Shown here: one piece after another, positions 63,271-64,000 of the stretch
Layout: each line of letters opens with the position of its first letter
How positions within the stretch are numbered: position 1 is the stretch's first letter
NCBI RefSeq assembly: GCF_009914755.1
Contig: NC_060929.1
Length of the DNA stretch: 64,000 bases
Strand: one strand, 5' to 3'
From: the human T2T-CHM13v2.0 reference genome, Homo sapiens
Translations under genes and position numbers: made by a program
The notes under the pieces: model-generated
Database searches by the model: none
What the model saw: only the letters and a program-made list of their open reading frames with translations
Told to the model about the DNA's origin: nothing

Positions 63271-63535
63271 ATTAGAAACAATGGAGATTAGGAGGAATGA
63301 TTTACATCTCAAAGGTATCTGTGATTCTTTCCAGTTTTCTTAAACCAGAAACTCTCACATTAGCCTTGTTCTTAATAGATCATTAGCTGCTTAACAGGAA
63401 GAGTGGGGCATAAATTTCCAAGGAACAAAAACAGAATATTCAAATTACTGTAAATTAGGAATCAAAAATGAATATAAAGGGTGACTGCTAATAAGCACAT
63501 GGTTTTTGTTTGGGGGGTTATAAAAATGTTCTGTA

Positions 63536-63851
<316 letters not shown>

Positions 63852-64000
63852 TTATGGTAATGGCTGCACAACTCTGTGAATATATGAGAAACTAATGCAT
63901 TGTACCCTTTAAAGAAGTAAATTGTATGACATATGAATTATATCGCAACAAATATCTTTTCAAGTTAAAAAAATTAATTTGGATCTTCCCCAAAAAAGAA

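Overview
Primate (most likely human) genomic DNA, AT-rich and Alu-dense, with two convergent spliced genes. On the + strand are the last nine coding exons of TRAPPC13 (4829-22384), including an 18-nt microexon and a CAGCAG tandem acceptor. On the - strand are the last seven coding exons of SGTB (62168 down to the stop at 28017), followed by a ~4.3 kb 3'UTR that runs back to ~23700 and probably overlaps the TRAPPC13 3' end. All exons were assembled by hand with GT-AG boundaries and consistent phases. The rest is intronic repeats: about 45 Alu copies or fragments, a 4.8 kb 5'-truncated old L1PA, an L1PB 3' end, L2/MIR, hAT and Tigger DNA transposons and a MaLR LTR fragment. Almost all entries in the ORF track are repeat-derived noise. 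I see no new protein-coding system. The most interesting items are the poly(A)-dependent 3' overlap plus inverted Alus in the SGTB UTR, TRAPPC13 micro-splicing, a BC200-like retrocopy, a templated-insertion/fold-back repair scar, and several atypical retroinsertions. Gene names and repeat subfamilies come from recognition, not from database searches.
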